Source of the DNA: Octopus sinensis
Lineage: Eukaryota
Direction of reading: 5' to 3'
Assembly (NCBI RefSeq): GCF_006345805.1
Contig: NW_021824567.1
Coordinates: 1-18,194 of the forward strand
DNA length: 18,194 bases
This document shows positions 1-9,777 of the stretch, piece after piece; the stretch's first letter is position 1; each line of letters begins with the position of its first letter. The position numbers were made by a program, and so were the translations under genes. A model generated the notes under the pieces. It was not told where the DNA came from and made no database searches. It saw only the letters and a list, made by a program, of their open reading frames with translations.

Positions 1-66
1 AGTGGGACTGAACCCGGAACCATGTGGTTGGTTAGCAAGCTACTTACCACACAGCCCTCCTGCGCC
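1..66 (-). mobile_element. SINE family B, tRNA-like 5' head (cut by window edge)
   Basis: Matches the heads at 5992-6052 and 12950-13015 (gtgggactgaac...cttaccacacagc..cctgcgc). The minus strand reads A-box-like GCTGTGTGGTAAG and B-box-like GGTTCAGTCCC. It abuts a (TA)n tract. Confidence 0.85.
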
Positions 67-73
67 TATATAT

Positions 74-127
<54 letters not shown>

Positions 128-283
128 TATATATTATATATATATATATATATATCTAATTATATATATATATATTCATTTATTCTGTTCTTTTACTTGT
201 TTCAGTCATTGACTGCGGCCATTCTGGAGTACCGCTTTATATATGCATATATGTATATGTATATGTGTATATATGTATATGTA

Positions 284-328
<45 letters not shown>
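67..328. repeat. (TA)n and (TATG)n microsatellites interrupted by a SINE tail fragment
   Basis: Long TA runs at about 67-175 and 287-328 are visible directly. Confidence 0.95.
181..238 (-). mobile_element. SINE family B 3' tail fragment
   Basis: ttttacttgtttcagtcattgactgcggccattctggagtaccgc matches the tails at 10087-10127 and 12552-12605, and the reverse complement of 10455-10500. Confidence 0.85.
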
Positions 329-333
<5 letters not shown>

Positions 334-999
334 ATATGTAATAGAAAGTCCTTGGTGCTGTATCATATATTTGAAAAGACAGTTAATAGTGGGGAAAGTT
401 ATAACAAAAGCCATTTGCAAAAGAATGAATAGAAATTTATTCATTTCTTTGCAAATGTATATATGTGGCGGGGATGTATTTATGTATGAGCATATGTGTA
501 TGTACTATGTCTATATACTGGCATTCTGTCGGTTACGATGACTAGGGTTCCTGTGTGTATATTCGTGCGTATGCTGTGTGTACGTGTCCGTGTGCGCGTG
601 AGAGAGTGTGTATATGCATTCTTATACGTTTTTATACGTGTATGTGTATTTTCTTTTGTGTATGTGTGTGTGTCTGTTAATGTATGAGTTAAAAAGAAGT
701 GAAGCGAGTATAAAGAGGGTACAAAAAGAAGGAAAACTGAAATGACAGAAAATGAAACTCCGGAAGTGTTTGGCATGTTACTCACAGCAAGCCGCCATAT
801 CGTTTTCCAAATTTATTGGGGGTTTTTCCCTGTTCTGTTTACAAGCACACAGTCACACACACACATACACACACAGAGTCATATGTATGTGTGTGTGTAT
901 GTTTATATATATATATATATTTATAATTTCAAATTTTGGCGTTTATTGAAGCTTGTTTAATTTAATTTCTTGACAGATTAAAACATAATTAAAATTAAT

Positions 1000-1000
<1 letters not shown>

Positions 1001-1037
<37 letters not shown>
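1001..1037. repeat. (GTT)n microsatellite
   Basis: About 12 perfect GTT units directly upstream of a SINE. Confidence 0.95.
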
Positions 1038-1040
1038 GTA

Positions 1041-1428
1041 GACGGCGAGCTGGCAGAAACGTTAGCACGCCGGGCGAAATACCTAGCGGTATTTCGTCTG
1101 CCGTTACGTTCTGAGTTCAAATTCCGCCGATGTCGACTTTGCCTTTCGGGGTCGATTAAATAAGTACCAGTTACGCACTGGGGTCGATATAATCGACTTA
1201 ATCCGTTTGTCTGTCCTTGTTTGTCCTCTCTGTGTTTAGCCCCTTGTGGGTAGTAAAGAAATAGGTATTTCGTCTGCCGGTACGTTCTGAGTTCAAATTC
1301 CGTCGATGTCGACTTTGCCTTTCAACCTTTCGGGGTCGATTAAATAAGTACCAGTTACGCACTGGGGAGGCGATGTAATCGACACATGCCCACATCCCTC
1401 AAGCTGCCCTTGTAGCAAAAAATTGAAA
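1041..1428 (+). mobile_element. SINE family A (tRNA-like head, Meta/Sauria-like central domain): head + unit with tail A + headless unit with tail B
   Basis: Head GGCGAGCTGGCAGAAACGTTAGC, B-box-like GAGTTCAAATTCC and central GTCGACTTTGCCTTTCA.CCTTTCGGGGTCGAT..ATAAGTACCAG. The unit restarts at 1264 (aagaaata|ggtatttcgtc). It ends in a gcccttgtagcaaaaaattgaaa tail. Confidence 0.9.
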
Positions 1429-1610
1429 TAATTACTGTTATTGTCGTTGCTGTTGCTGTTGTTTTAGTTATAGAAAATGATAATATTAATGATAATAATA
1501 AAGGAATTATTTTAACTCCATTATTTTCCCAATAATATTTCTATATATTTACATCTAGAGAAAAAACATTTCAAATGACATTTTCCTCACTTCACCTTTC
1601 GTATTGATAA

Positions 1611-2218
1611 TGATGATGGTGGTGGTAGTGGTGGTAGTGGTTGGGCTGCTGGTAGTAGTAAAGGTGGTGGTGGTGGTGGTGATGGTGGTGGTGGTGGTGG
1701 TGGTGGTGGTGGTGGCGGTGGTGAAGAGAGAAGAGAGAAAGAGGAGCATGATAATTATGATGGTGACTACAATGGTGCTGGCTGGTTACAATGCGTGTGG
1801 TGTTGATTATACGTGATAGAGATGTTGTAAATGATAGTGGAGATAATGCGCATTATGGTGGTGGTGGTGGTGGTGGTGGTTGTGGTGGTAGTGGTGGTGC
1901 TGGTAGTGGTGGCAGTGGTGGTGGTGGCAGTGGTGGTAGTGGTGGTGCTGGTGCTGGTGCTGGTGCTGGTGCTGGTGGTGGTGGTGGCGGTGGTGGTGGT
2001 GGTGGTGGTGGTGGTGGTGGTGGTGGTGGTGGTGGTGGCAGTGTTGGTGGTGGCGGTGGTGGTGCTGGTGGTGCTGGTGCTGGTGCTGGTGGTGGCGGCG
2101 GTGGTGGTGGCGGCGGCGGCGGTGGTGGTGGCTGTGGTGGTGGTGGTGGCGGTGGTGGCGGTGGTGGTAGTGGTGGTGATGGTGGTGATGATGGTGGTGG
2201 TGGTAGTGATGGTGGGGT
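1611..2218. repeat. Long imperfect (GGT)n trinucleotide repeat (two blocks, about 1611-1720 and 1855-2218)
   Basis: GGT/GGC/GCT triplets. These explain the overlapping poly-G, poly-V, poly-T and poly-P ORFs in the track. Confidence 0.95.
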
Positions 2219-2959
2219 GGAGAGAAGAGTGCTTAATGAGAGGAAGGGAATGACGTTTAAGAAAAAAGACATTCAATAATTTTAATAAAAAAAAAGATAA
2301 AGAAAGCAATATTAAATCGGAAATATTGATAATATATTTCCGTAAGATTTTGAAAAAGAAGCGAACTAGTGAAGCAAAAATAAAAATGAAGAGGATAAAA
2401 AAAATTAACAAAAAGATAAAGAAAAAAAAAGAAATTGGAAATAAGAAAGAACGATAGAAAGAATGGAAATCAGGAACAAAAATAGAGAAGGAAAACTATA
2501 AGGAAATAAAGAAAAATAAATGAATGTTGAAATTAAGAAAAGAATAAATGTAAGAGAGAAAGTGAAAGTAGGTGCAGAAAATCATGCGTCAAATGTGATG
2601 ATATGGAAGCTGAGATTACTGGAATTGTGGTTCTCTTAATGCAGTGTTTGTAAATATAGTGCGTTAGTTTGTGTCACGCATGTTGAATAAATGTGGGTAC
2701 GGAGTCTCATGTTTTGTGTCTTGTATATTTAGAGTTAAATGTGGTTTATGGAAGTGTGAGAAACTGGTATGTTCTTGTAGTGCTTGTTGTTGCTGCTACT
2801 GTTTTTATTATTGATGTGGTAGTGCTTTTTGTTGTTCCTGCTGCCAGTGCTGTTATTGTTTAGCGCGTCAGGTCGCCTCTGAACAACCAGACCTCTAGCT
2901 AAGGCTGCATTGTCCTTGGGCATGAGTCTAGCCTAGTGTTAAGCAACATCTACAACGCC

Positions 2960-3125
2960 ATGTTCATAACACCATCGTCACTGCCACCACTAACAACAAC
3001 AACACCAACACCCTCGGCCCCTCTCCACGATCAACAACAACAACAACCCATTCCCTCCACCACTAACACTAACACCACAACCTCTGCCGCCACCATCACA
3101 TTCCAACAATAACAACAACAGCCTC
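2960..3125. repeat. Degenerate (ACC/AAC)n low-complexity tract
   Basis: Triplet periodicity, opposite in orientation to the GGT tracts. Confidence 0.8.
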
Positions 3126-3129
3126 CATC

Positions 3130-3275
3130 GCCGAGTTGGCAGTCTTTACAGCCATAGATAAAATGCTTTATAGTATTTGCTCTGATTACTAGCATTCTGA
3201 GATCAAATCCCGCTGAAATCAAACTTGCCTTTTATTCTTTGGGAGTCGATATATGAAGTGCCTGTCTAATCTAGA
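3130..3275 (+). mobile_element. Old diverged SINE family A copy
   Basis: gccgagttggcag...aaaatgctt...ttctgagatcaaatcccgc...cttgcctttt...gggagtcgat is colinear with the family A head and body. Confidence 0.65.
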
Positions 3276-3513
3276 AGTGGACCAAGGGGATTATCAGAGC
3301 GTCGGATAGGACACCTTGCGGTATTTGTCTTCTGAGTTCAAATCCTGCCGCTGCATGGTAGACTTACTCCATTACTCGATTTTTCACTGACCTTTGGTCC
3401 CCTTGCAGCTTTTTTCTTTTTTTTTTTTTTTGAGCCTGTTTTGTTGCAAGCATTCAAGTCTGATCTCATGGTTAGAAGATGCTTTTCGTTCCTATTCATT
3501 CCCACTAGTCTAG

Positions 3514-3705
3514 GAGATCCTGAAGAAGGTCATGGATGATTTCCTTCGTCCTGACAAAACACCGAAAAAGAAAGCAACGCCACCATCGAACTGGAACCTA
3601 CCACAGATTGAATCACCGAGGATATCCCTCTATGATGCTCAGCTTGCGAGGAAAAAGCATCCAAATTCCCTCAAACAATACCCTACCATGTCGAAACAGA
3701 AATGA
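3514..3705 (+). CDS. Candidate terminal coding exon, 63 aa, protein unknown (EILKKVMDDFLRPDKTPKKKATPPSNWNLPQIESPRISLYDAQLARKKHPNSLKQYPTMSKQK*)
   Basis: A pyrimidine-rich tract (3481-3505) precedes AG at 3512-3513. The phase-0 frame stays open to TGA at 3703-3705, in non-repetitive, protein-like sequence. Caveats: a competing AG at 3507-3508, and no upstream exon or homologue identified. Confidence 0.4.
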   Translation, partial: EILKKVMDDFLRPDKTPKKKATPPSNWNLPQIESPRISLYDAQLARKKHPNSLKQYPTMSKQK

Positions 3706-3852
3706 GCAACTTTTTAATACGTCCTGATATCTTGCCTGAAAATTCGATGGAGTTTGTTATGGATGGTATTTTTTGATCGTTCAGAACTGGCCTTGGGCTA
3801 AACGAAAACACTTTCAACTTTCAGTGAACTTAGCACTCTGTGTGTAATAGTG

Positions 3853-4003
3853 TAATAACTGGTGGAGATGATGGTGCTGGTGGTTGTAGTGGTGGTGGTG
3901 GTGGTGGTGGTGGTGGTGGTTTTGGTGGTCGTGGTGGTCGTGGTGGTGGTCGTGGTGGTGGTCGTGGTGGTGGTGGTGGTGGTGGTGACGCTGCTGCTGC
4001 TGC
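3853..4003. repeat. (GGT)n / (GGTCGT) / (CTG)n microsatellite
   Basis: Seen directly. Confidence 0.9.
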
Positions 4004-4380
4004 TTGTTTGTTTGTTGAGCGAAGCGGTCTTCGCCCTGTAGTGGGAGAAGTCCGAAACGTGGTTCTTTGCTATTCGTAAGAGCCGCAGAAGAGAAAGCAG
4101 GTCAACCCCCGACACCGAGAGCATCGACGGATGGATGAATGCGCATCCAGGCTCAGTGGTTGCGTAGGAAGTCGGGGACAAGAAACAGGAAGAAAGAGTG
4201 AGAGAAAGTTGGAGCGAAAGAGTACAACAGGGGTCGCCACCACCCCCCCTGCCGGAGCCTCGTGGAGCTTTAGGTGTTTTCGCTCAATAAACATAGAAAA
4301 CAACGCCTGGTCTGGGAATCGAAACCGCGATCCTCCGACCGCGAGTCCGCTGCCCTAACCACTGGACCATTGCGCTTCCA
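4004..4380 (-). mobile_element. SINE family C, near full length, with tRNA-like (Arg-like) head, flanked by (CTG)n
   Basis: The minus strand starts GGAAGCGCAATGGTCCAGTGGTTAGG (A box) ... GGTTTCGATTCCC (B box), has a GC-rich body and ends in a (CAAA)n tail. CTGCTGCTGCTGC sits on both sides (3991-4003 and 4381-4393). It resembles the octopus OR-type SINEs from recall; not verified. Confidence 0.85.
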
Positions 4381-4385
4381 CTGCT

Positions 4386-4416
<31 letters not shown>

Positions 4417-4735
4417 ATGATTACTGGTGGCAGGGATGATTTTGGTGATGATGATGGTTATGATGCCGATGTTGGTGATTGTAATGGTAGTGATTGGTAG
4501 TGGTGGAGATTGCTGATGACTGGTGGTGGTGGTGCTGGTTGTGGTGGTGGTGGTGGCGGTGGCGGTGGTGGTGGTTTTAGTCGTCGTCATCGTCATCGTG
4601 ATAATGGTAGTCGTGGTGGTAGTGCTGATGGCTGTTTTGGTGGTAGGGGCGGGGATGTAATGGCGTTGATGGTGATGCTTGAGGATTCGGTAGTGGTAGT
4701 AGGTGGTAGCAGTAGTAGTAGTGGTGGTGACTCAC
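4381..4735. repeat. (CTG)n-(GAT)n-(GGT)n compound low-complexity tract
   Basis: Seen directly; continues the tract left of the SINE. Confidence 0.9.
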
Positions 4736-4792
4736 TTATTTAGTAGGGTATGCAAGTGTTGATTCACCCTTAATTAATGGGGTTTACCTACT

Positions 4793-4795
<3 letters not shown>

Positions 4796-4867
<72 letters not shown>

Positions 4868-4881
4868 ACACACATACACAC
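4796..4881. repeat. (CA)n microsatellite
   Basis: About 40 CA units with a few TA interruptions. Confidence 0.95.
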
Positions 4882-5599
4882 GCACTTTCTCACCTCTTCT
4901 CCTCTTTCTCTTTCTCTTTTCACCATCACAGGCTACAGCTAACACAATCAATATGGTGTCAACGAGTGAGCGACTAACCGGTCGCTCAGCTTGCAAGAAA
5001 TAACAGCCAGGTCTCCTTGGTCAAATCCCCACCATGCCGCAGTTTTCCACAACCTCTTTACTACCAATGATTATTTTTTATTTAAATGAACCTTCCCACG
5101 TACCCCAGGCACTGAAAGGTCTATCCATTTAATAAGTCCATTCTATTAACGAACAATGAACTCGTTTCTCCAGTTTCATTACTCAACGGAAATATATGGA
5201 GTGGAGTTGGGGTGAGGGGTCGATAAAAGTTAAAAGTACCAATCCAGGGAGGAGGTGGAATGGCGGAACTATAATAATTTTGGACTGAGTGGCCTTTGGT
5301 ATTTATTCTAGCTCTTTGGGTTGTGAGTTGTATGTTCAAATCCGACCATTTTCTCTCTGGAAGAAATCTGACGTGGTCAAACTAAGAAAGAGATAATTTC
5401 TTCTAGTTTTAAAACTCACAAACGCAACATATTTCAGATCAGCGCCCTCTGCATATATTGTGTGTGTGTGTGTTGTGTGTGTACCTAGATGGTCCCATGA
5501 ACTTCTATTAAAATTAGACCCCAATATCTTGGGATATGAACTCGGCACCAGCTGAGCTAAATTACTTGGAGAATCACGAACCAACTATATGCTTCAAAT

Positions 5600-5860
5600 G
5601 AGATATGAGATAGTGACTTCGATTCCTGAATTGGGTTGTATGTTGTGTTCTTGAACAAGACACTTTATTTCACGTTGCTCCAGTTCACTCAGCTGTAGAA
5701 ATGAGTTGCGACGTCACTGGTGCCAAGCTGTATCGACCCCTTTGCCTTGGATAACATCGCTGACGTGGAGAGGGGAGGTTGGTATGCATGGGCGATTGCT
5801 GGTCTTCCATCAACAACCTGGCCTGGACTTGTGCTTCACAAGTGCGAATGTACTGTGGTC
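5600..5860 (+). mobile_element. SINE family D (5'-degraded; V/Deu-type central motif)
   Basis: B-box-like GACTTCGATTCC (5615-5626) is followed by TGTGTTCTTGAACAAGACACTTTATTTCAC.TTGCTCCAG.TCACTCAGCTGT, which resembles the TGTCCTTGAGCAAGACACTT...CCACTCAGCTG motif of V/Deu-domain SINEs. The family assignment is from recall and there is only one copy in the window. Confidence 0.6.
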
Positions 5861-5907
5861 GAATGGCAGACACAACTTAACTTTCCAGAATGTACTCCAT
5901 CTCTCTC

Positions 5908-6052
5908 GTTCCCGCTCTACCAAATCCACTCACAAGGCTTTGGTCGGCCCGAGGCTATAGTAAAAGACACCTGCCCAAAGTGCCATGCAGTGGGACTGAA
6001 CCCGAAACCATGTTGTTGGTAAGCAAGCTACCTACCACACGGCTACTCCTGC
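5908..6052 (-). mobile_element. SINE family B, 5' half (tRNA-like head + CORE-like segment)
   Basis: The minus strand reads head, then GGCACTTTGGGCAGGTGTCTTTTACTATAGCCTCGGGCCGACCAAAGCCTTGTGAGTGGATTTGGTAG. It matches 12890-13015. Confidence 0.9.
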
Positions 6053-6369
6053 ATTAAATAATCATCGTATTCCAGTTTCTTTCACTTTTCACTGATAATC
6101 AGATGAGCGACTATCTTTTGATACAGACACTACACAGGCTACGATTTCAGGTTTTTTGGGATAAAGTTTTCAGAAGTAACCTAATAAGTTTACTATTAGT
6201 TCCGTGATATATTCACGGGTCCCGCTAGTATTAATAATGCTGATAAATTGCTTAGGGAATTGTTTTCTCTTAGATGGTATGTTAGAGTTATGCTCTTCAT
6301 GCTGATGGCAACTCTTGAAAATTTTTCCTCTGACATTATTTGAAATCGTCGAATAATACATAATAAAAT

Positions 6370-6545
6370 GGCGAACTGGCAGAATCGTTAGCATGCCGGA
6401 CAAAATGGTTAACAGTACTTTGTTCGTCTTTATGCTCTGAGTTCAAATTCCGCCGAAGTCGACTGTGCGTTTTATCTTCTCGGGGTCGATGAAATAAATA
6501 CCCCTCCTTCCAAATTTCATGTCTTATGCCTATCGTGGAAGTAAT
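6370..6545 (+). mobile_element. SINE family A, diverged, internally deleted before the tail
   Basis: ggcgaactggcagaatcgttagc...ctgagttcaaattccgccgaagtcgac...ggggtcgatgaaataa is joined directly to a cccctccttccaaatttca..cttatgcctat tail. Confidence 0.8.
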
Positions 6546-7288
6546 TATCTTATTTCATAATTGACCCCCTCATCCGATGCTCTGGAGTCAAACACAGGGA
6601 GCCATCGTCGTCTTTTTTATCCCCAGCCCATCTCTGACACTCCAAACCTATGATCAAAGACATTTCAACTGTGACCATTCGTTCTTTTTTTTCATTTTAT
6701 TTTTTCTTACAGGCATAGTGTTTCAAAGAATATATTATTCGATGTCTTCTTCCAACTTTTTAAGATAATAGGGTATCATCTGAGAAAGAATTTTTACTGT
6801 TATTTCGAGCAAATGTGGAGTGACTCCCGTGTTGATGAGAAAGGTTCCTTTCTTGACATCTTTGTACTCGAATAAGTACCAGTTATCTACAGGTATCAGT
6901 TAAATCCACTGCATTTCCCTCCCAATAAAATTTACGGAAGCCATTCTGTAGACATCTTTATGTATTATGGTGCCAACAATAATCTTAATTTCAAGATATG
7001 GACAAGAGCGTTTGACCCATCAATATTTCACACGAGCGTGCTTTAAGATTTTAAGATACCTTACTGCGAATATATCTTCGTCTGTTTGAGTTTGCTCTGT
7101 CAAAGACCAGGTTAGATCCACGGTCTCTCATTAAAAAAGACACATCCAATTACAGTTTCTTTTTATTTTCACTGATGGATTGATATACAAGTATGATGGA
7201 GTTTAAGTAAAAGATTATCAACAGCAAAACGTAGTTTTCTCTCCCTCACACACACGCGAATACATATATTCAAACACCCTTACAAAGA

Positions 7289-7388
7289 CATACATACGTA
7301 CATACATACATACATATATACATACATACATACATACATACATACATACATACATACATACATACACTCACACACACACACACACACA
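7289..7388. repeat. (CATA)n followed by (CA)n
   Basis: Seen directly. Confidence 0.95.
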
Positions 7389-8300
7389 AACGTACGGTAG
7401 ATTGTCAATAAAATAGATGTGTCTGTCAAGTGTAAGGATGTTTGTATACAACATTCCGGCGGGGGATTACAACCTTAGACTGTCAGTCTGGAAATTGTGC
7501 TAAAGTAGGGGTTTCATTTCCCGTAGAACAAACATGATGCTGGCCACCCAATCTCACTTATGACTCTTCCTGTAAGCATATATTTGATTGAAGTTTATTC
7601 TCTTTCTGTTAGATCTCCTATCTTATTTGTTTTTGCGTCTTTATTCTTTATTTTTACTATATCATTTTCTTATCCTTTTCCTCCACTCTTAAACTCATTG
7701 ACCTTCAGAGATCCAAATCTTTCTTTGACCTCTGTTTCAAAATAAACAAACACTCAGGCCAAACTACTTCTGTTTCATTTAAAGATTTTTAATGTCACTA
7801 CACTTATAATTTTAGCATTGCTGTCCACCACTACGCCTGTTGAACTACGTGTCTCCAGCCGTTAGTAGAAGCCATACTGTTTGGCGGTGGCTGTCTGTCA
7901 AAAAATATCGTCTGCTTATGAATTATCATCCACTTATGGAAGAAATCGTTGTCATTATCGCGTTTAATGTATATCAATGATAAATGGCTACTTGTTATAT
8001 TTTTGTATTACTATAAACACTAAATGAGAGAACAGCAAAGTTGCAAAGGGGTAGCAAATACAGGGTTCAGTTAAATCGACTTCAGTACATTTCCCTAAAT
8101 TTAGCCCATAGTATTCATTATTATCAACACTAAAACGGAAGATGATTGAGTGGTTAAAGCAATAAAGTGCTATGAAAATGGTTGGCAGTTACTAGTCACG
8201 ACAAGTTCAAATAAATTTTACAGAGATTAACTTCGGTTTTCGTCCTTCTAGACGCGATGGTATATGTGTAGATATATATACACACACACACATATATATA

Positions 8301-8441
8301 TTAGGTTGTCCCAAAAGTTCGTAAACACTTGCAAAAATTGAATTTTTACTCGCCAAGTACTAACAAAAACAACAATAATTATTCCTCAAAATAAAGACCA
8401 TTATTTTCCAAGACTTTCTACGAACTTTTGGGAAAATCTTA
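8301..8441 (-). mobile_element. 141-bp mariner-derived mini element (MITE)
   Basis: 23-bp TIRs at 8301-8323 and 8419-8441 (20/23 complementary, inner 15 perfect), with TA on both sides (8299-8300, 8442-8443). The minus strand at 8417-8379 reads KVLENNGLYFEE*, similar to the KVVExNGxYF C-terminus of mariner transposases. Confidence 0.8.
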
Positions 8442-8457
8442 TATTTATTTATTTATA

Positions 8458-8936
8458 CAGGGTGTCCCAAAATTAACTATTTCAGTGAATTTGGACGATT
8501 TTTTTTTCTAAATTCACTTTTATTTACGCTTATCATGTTTAACATGTGTTAAAAATGTATAAATTTGGAATTTGGTTTATAATTTTAGAATTTTCATTCC
8601 AATTGGATCCCGCATATCTATCCATGAGACAGTTTTTTTTTTTTTTTTTTTGGCCGCCATCCCCAGAATGGAACAATAGTTTAGCTGAACTTAAAGAACA
8701 CATTCAGTTAGCAGTGCGGGCAATAACTCTTGAAATGCTTCAAAATGTGTTTCGCAACACTAAAGGATTGATTTCCAATTTGCAAGAATACAAACGGAGC
8801 ACATATTGACAATTTTATGTAAAGTTTTGACATAAGATTTATTAATCTATTTGTTTTTGTATCTTAATTAATAAACATAAAAATTCCATAAACTTTTTTA
8901 AAATTTGAAATAGATAATTAATTCTGGGACACCCTG
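8458..8936 (+). mobile_element. 479-bp non-autonomous Tc1/mariner-superfamily element with transposase C-terminal remnant
   Basis: TIR CAGGGTGTCCCA(A/G)AATTAA (one mismatch) with TA at 8456-8457 and 8937-8938. Internal WPPSP...SLAELKEHIQLAVRAITLEMLQNVFRN (from 8651) and, after a frameshift, CKNTNGAHID (8781-8810) resemble the WPPRSPDL...LxELKxxI...ML.NV..N...C...NGxHFE tail of IS630/Tc1/mariner transposases. Confidence 0.88.
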
Positions 8937-9025
8937 TATATAGTGTTTCTGTGGTGTGCAGTTAGATGTATGACCGCTGTTGGTGAGTTTAGAGCACCAC
9001 GTAAAGTATCATGATTCTATTAATT

Positions 9026-9392
9026 CTTTTTGCTACAGGCTTGAAGTTTTGGGAGAGGAGGGCAGTCGATGTAATCGACCCCAGTACTCAACTGGTACTT
9101 ATTTTATCGACCCCGAAAAGATGGAAGGTAATGTCGAACTTGATGGAACTTGAACTCAGAAAGTGTACAGACGAAACGCCTATTTCGTTACTACCCACAA
9201 GGGGCTAAACACAGAGAGGACAAACAAGGACAGACAAACGGACCCCTGTGCGTAACTGGTACTTAATTTATCGACCCCGAAAGGATAAAAGGCAAAGTCG
9301 ACCTCGGCGCAATTTGAACTCAGGACGTAACGGCAGACGAAATGCCGTTAAGCATTTATTCCAGTGTGCTAACGATTCTGCCAGCTCGCTGC
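9026..9392 (-). mobile_element. SINE family A array: head + tail-A unit + headless tail-B unit
   Basis: The head ends at 9392. The unit junction at 9180|9181 reads gaaata|ggcgtttcgtc on the minus strand. The tail ...ctcccaaaacttcaagcctgtagcaaaaag lies at 9026-9060. Confidence 0.88.
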
Positions 9393-9777
9393 TTTTAGTG
9401 TACCCCTAATAATGCGGGGTAGTTACTGCTGCACTGAACAGTTTTACCGGTTATGATACAGAGAGCAAATTTAGGGTAAAAAAAGTATGATAAACACAAG
9501 ATGCAGTTCATATCATTTGTTCCCTGTGTACGTTTCACCATAAAGATTATTTATTTTCTCTACAGAGGGCGTTCCAAGTACCATTGGATGCTGAAAAAAA
9601 AAACTCATAGCAATAAAGCATCACCCTGAAAAACTGTTGTGGTTTAGTATCCAATTACATTTATAAAATCTGAATATTTATAGCTTCGATATCATTCGTG
9701 TCCTAATGCTTTAATTGTAAGTAGGAGATTAATAGATTCATCTAGTGTATATAGTAGTTTTAGAGACGGTAAGTCAA

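Noticed and set aside
1767-2411. Overlapping Gly-, Val-, Thr- and Pro-rich ORFs (possible glycine-rich structural protein)
   Set aside because: All are readings of one (GGT)n tract, which lacks stops in most frames. There is no signal peptide or convincing splice context, and the 162-aa Gly-rich ORF has no ATG start.
2735-2945. 62-aa minus-strand ORF and GC-richer island
   Set aside because: Half of it is AAC-type repeat; no consistent exon boundaries.
3519-3560. CTGAAGAAGG possible hammerhead core
   Set aside because: No properly placed GAAA, stem III or UH; a coding interpretation fits better.
4030-4072. Hammerhead-like CTGTAGT...GGAGAAGTCC-GAAAC-GTG-GTT antisense to the SINE tail
   Set aside because: The core deviates from CUGANGA at two positions and no stem I forms.
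4225-4275. HDV-like P3/L3 (AGC-TCCACGAG-GCT) on the minus strand of SINE C
   Set aside because: P1 and P2 partner strands and the catalytic J4/2 could not be found.
4004-4380. tRNA gene at the family C head
   Set aside because: A and B boxes are present, but there is no closing acceptor stem and it continues into a SINE body and tail.
4967-4988. 8-bp GC-rich hairpin TGAGCGAC-taaccg-GTCGCTCA
   Set aside because: Probably part of another dispersed repeat fragment; single instance with no supporting context.
5438-5455. CTCF-like CAGAGGGCGCTG on the minus strand
   Set aside because: The 5' CCA(C/G) part of the motif is missing, so this is only a partial match.
9551-9620. Acceptor TTTTCTCTACAG followed by a short ORF and AATAAA
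   Set aside because: All frames close within about 20 codons and nothing links it to another exon.
9684-9774. Two GTAAGT donor sites with a short open frame
   Set aside because: Several such hexamers are expected by chance in 18 kb; the acceptor is weak and the peptide is uninformative.
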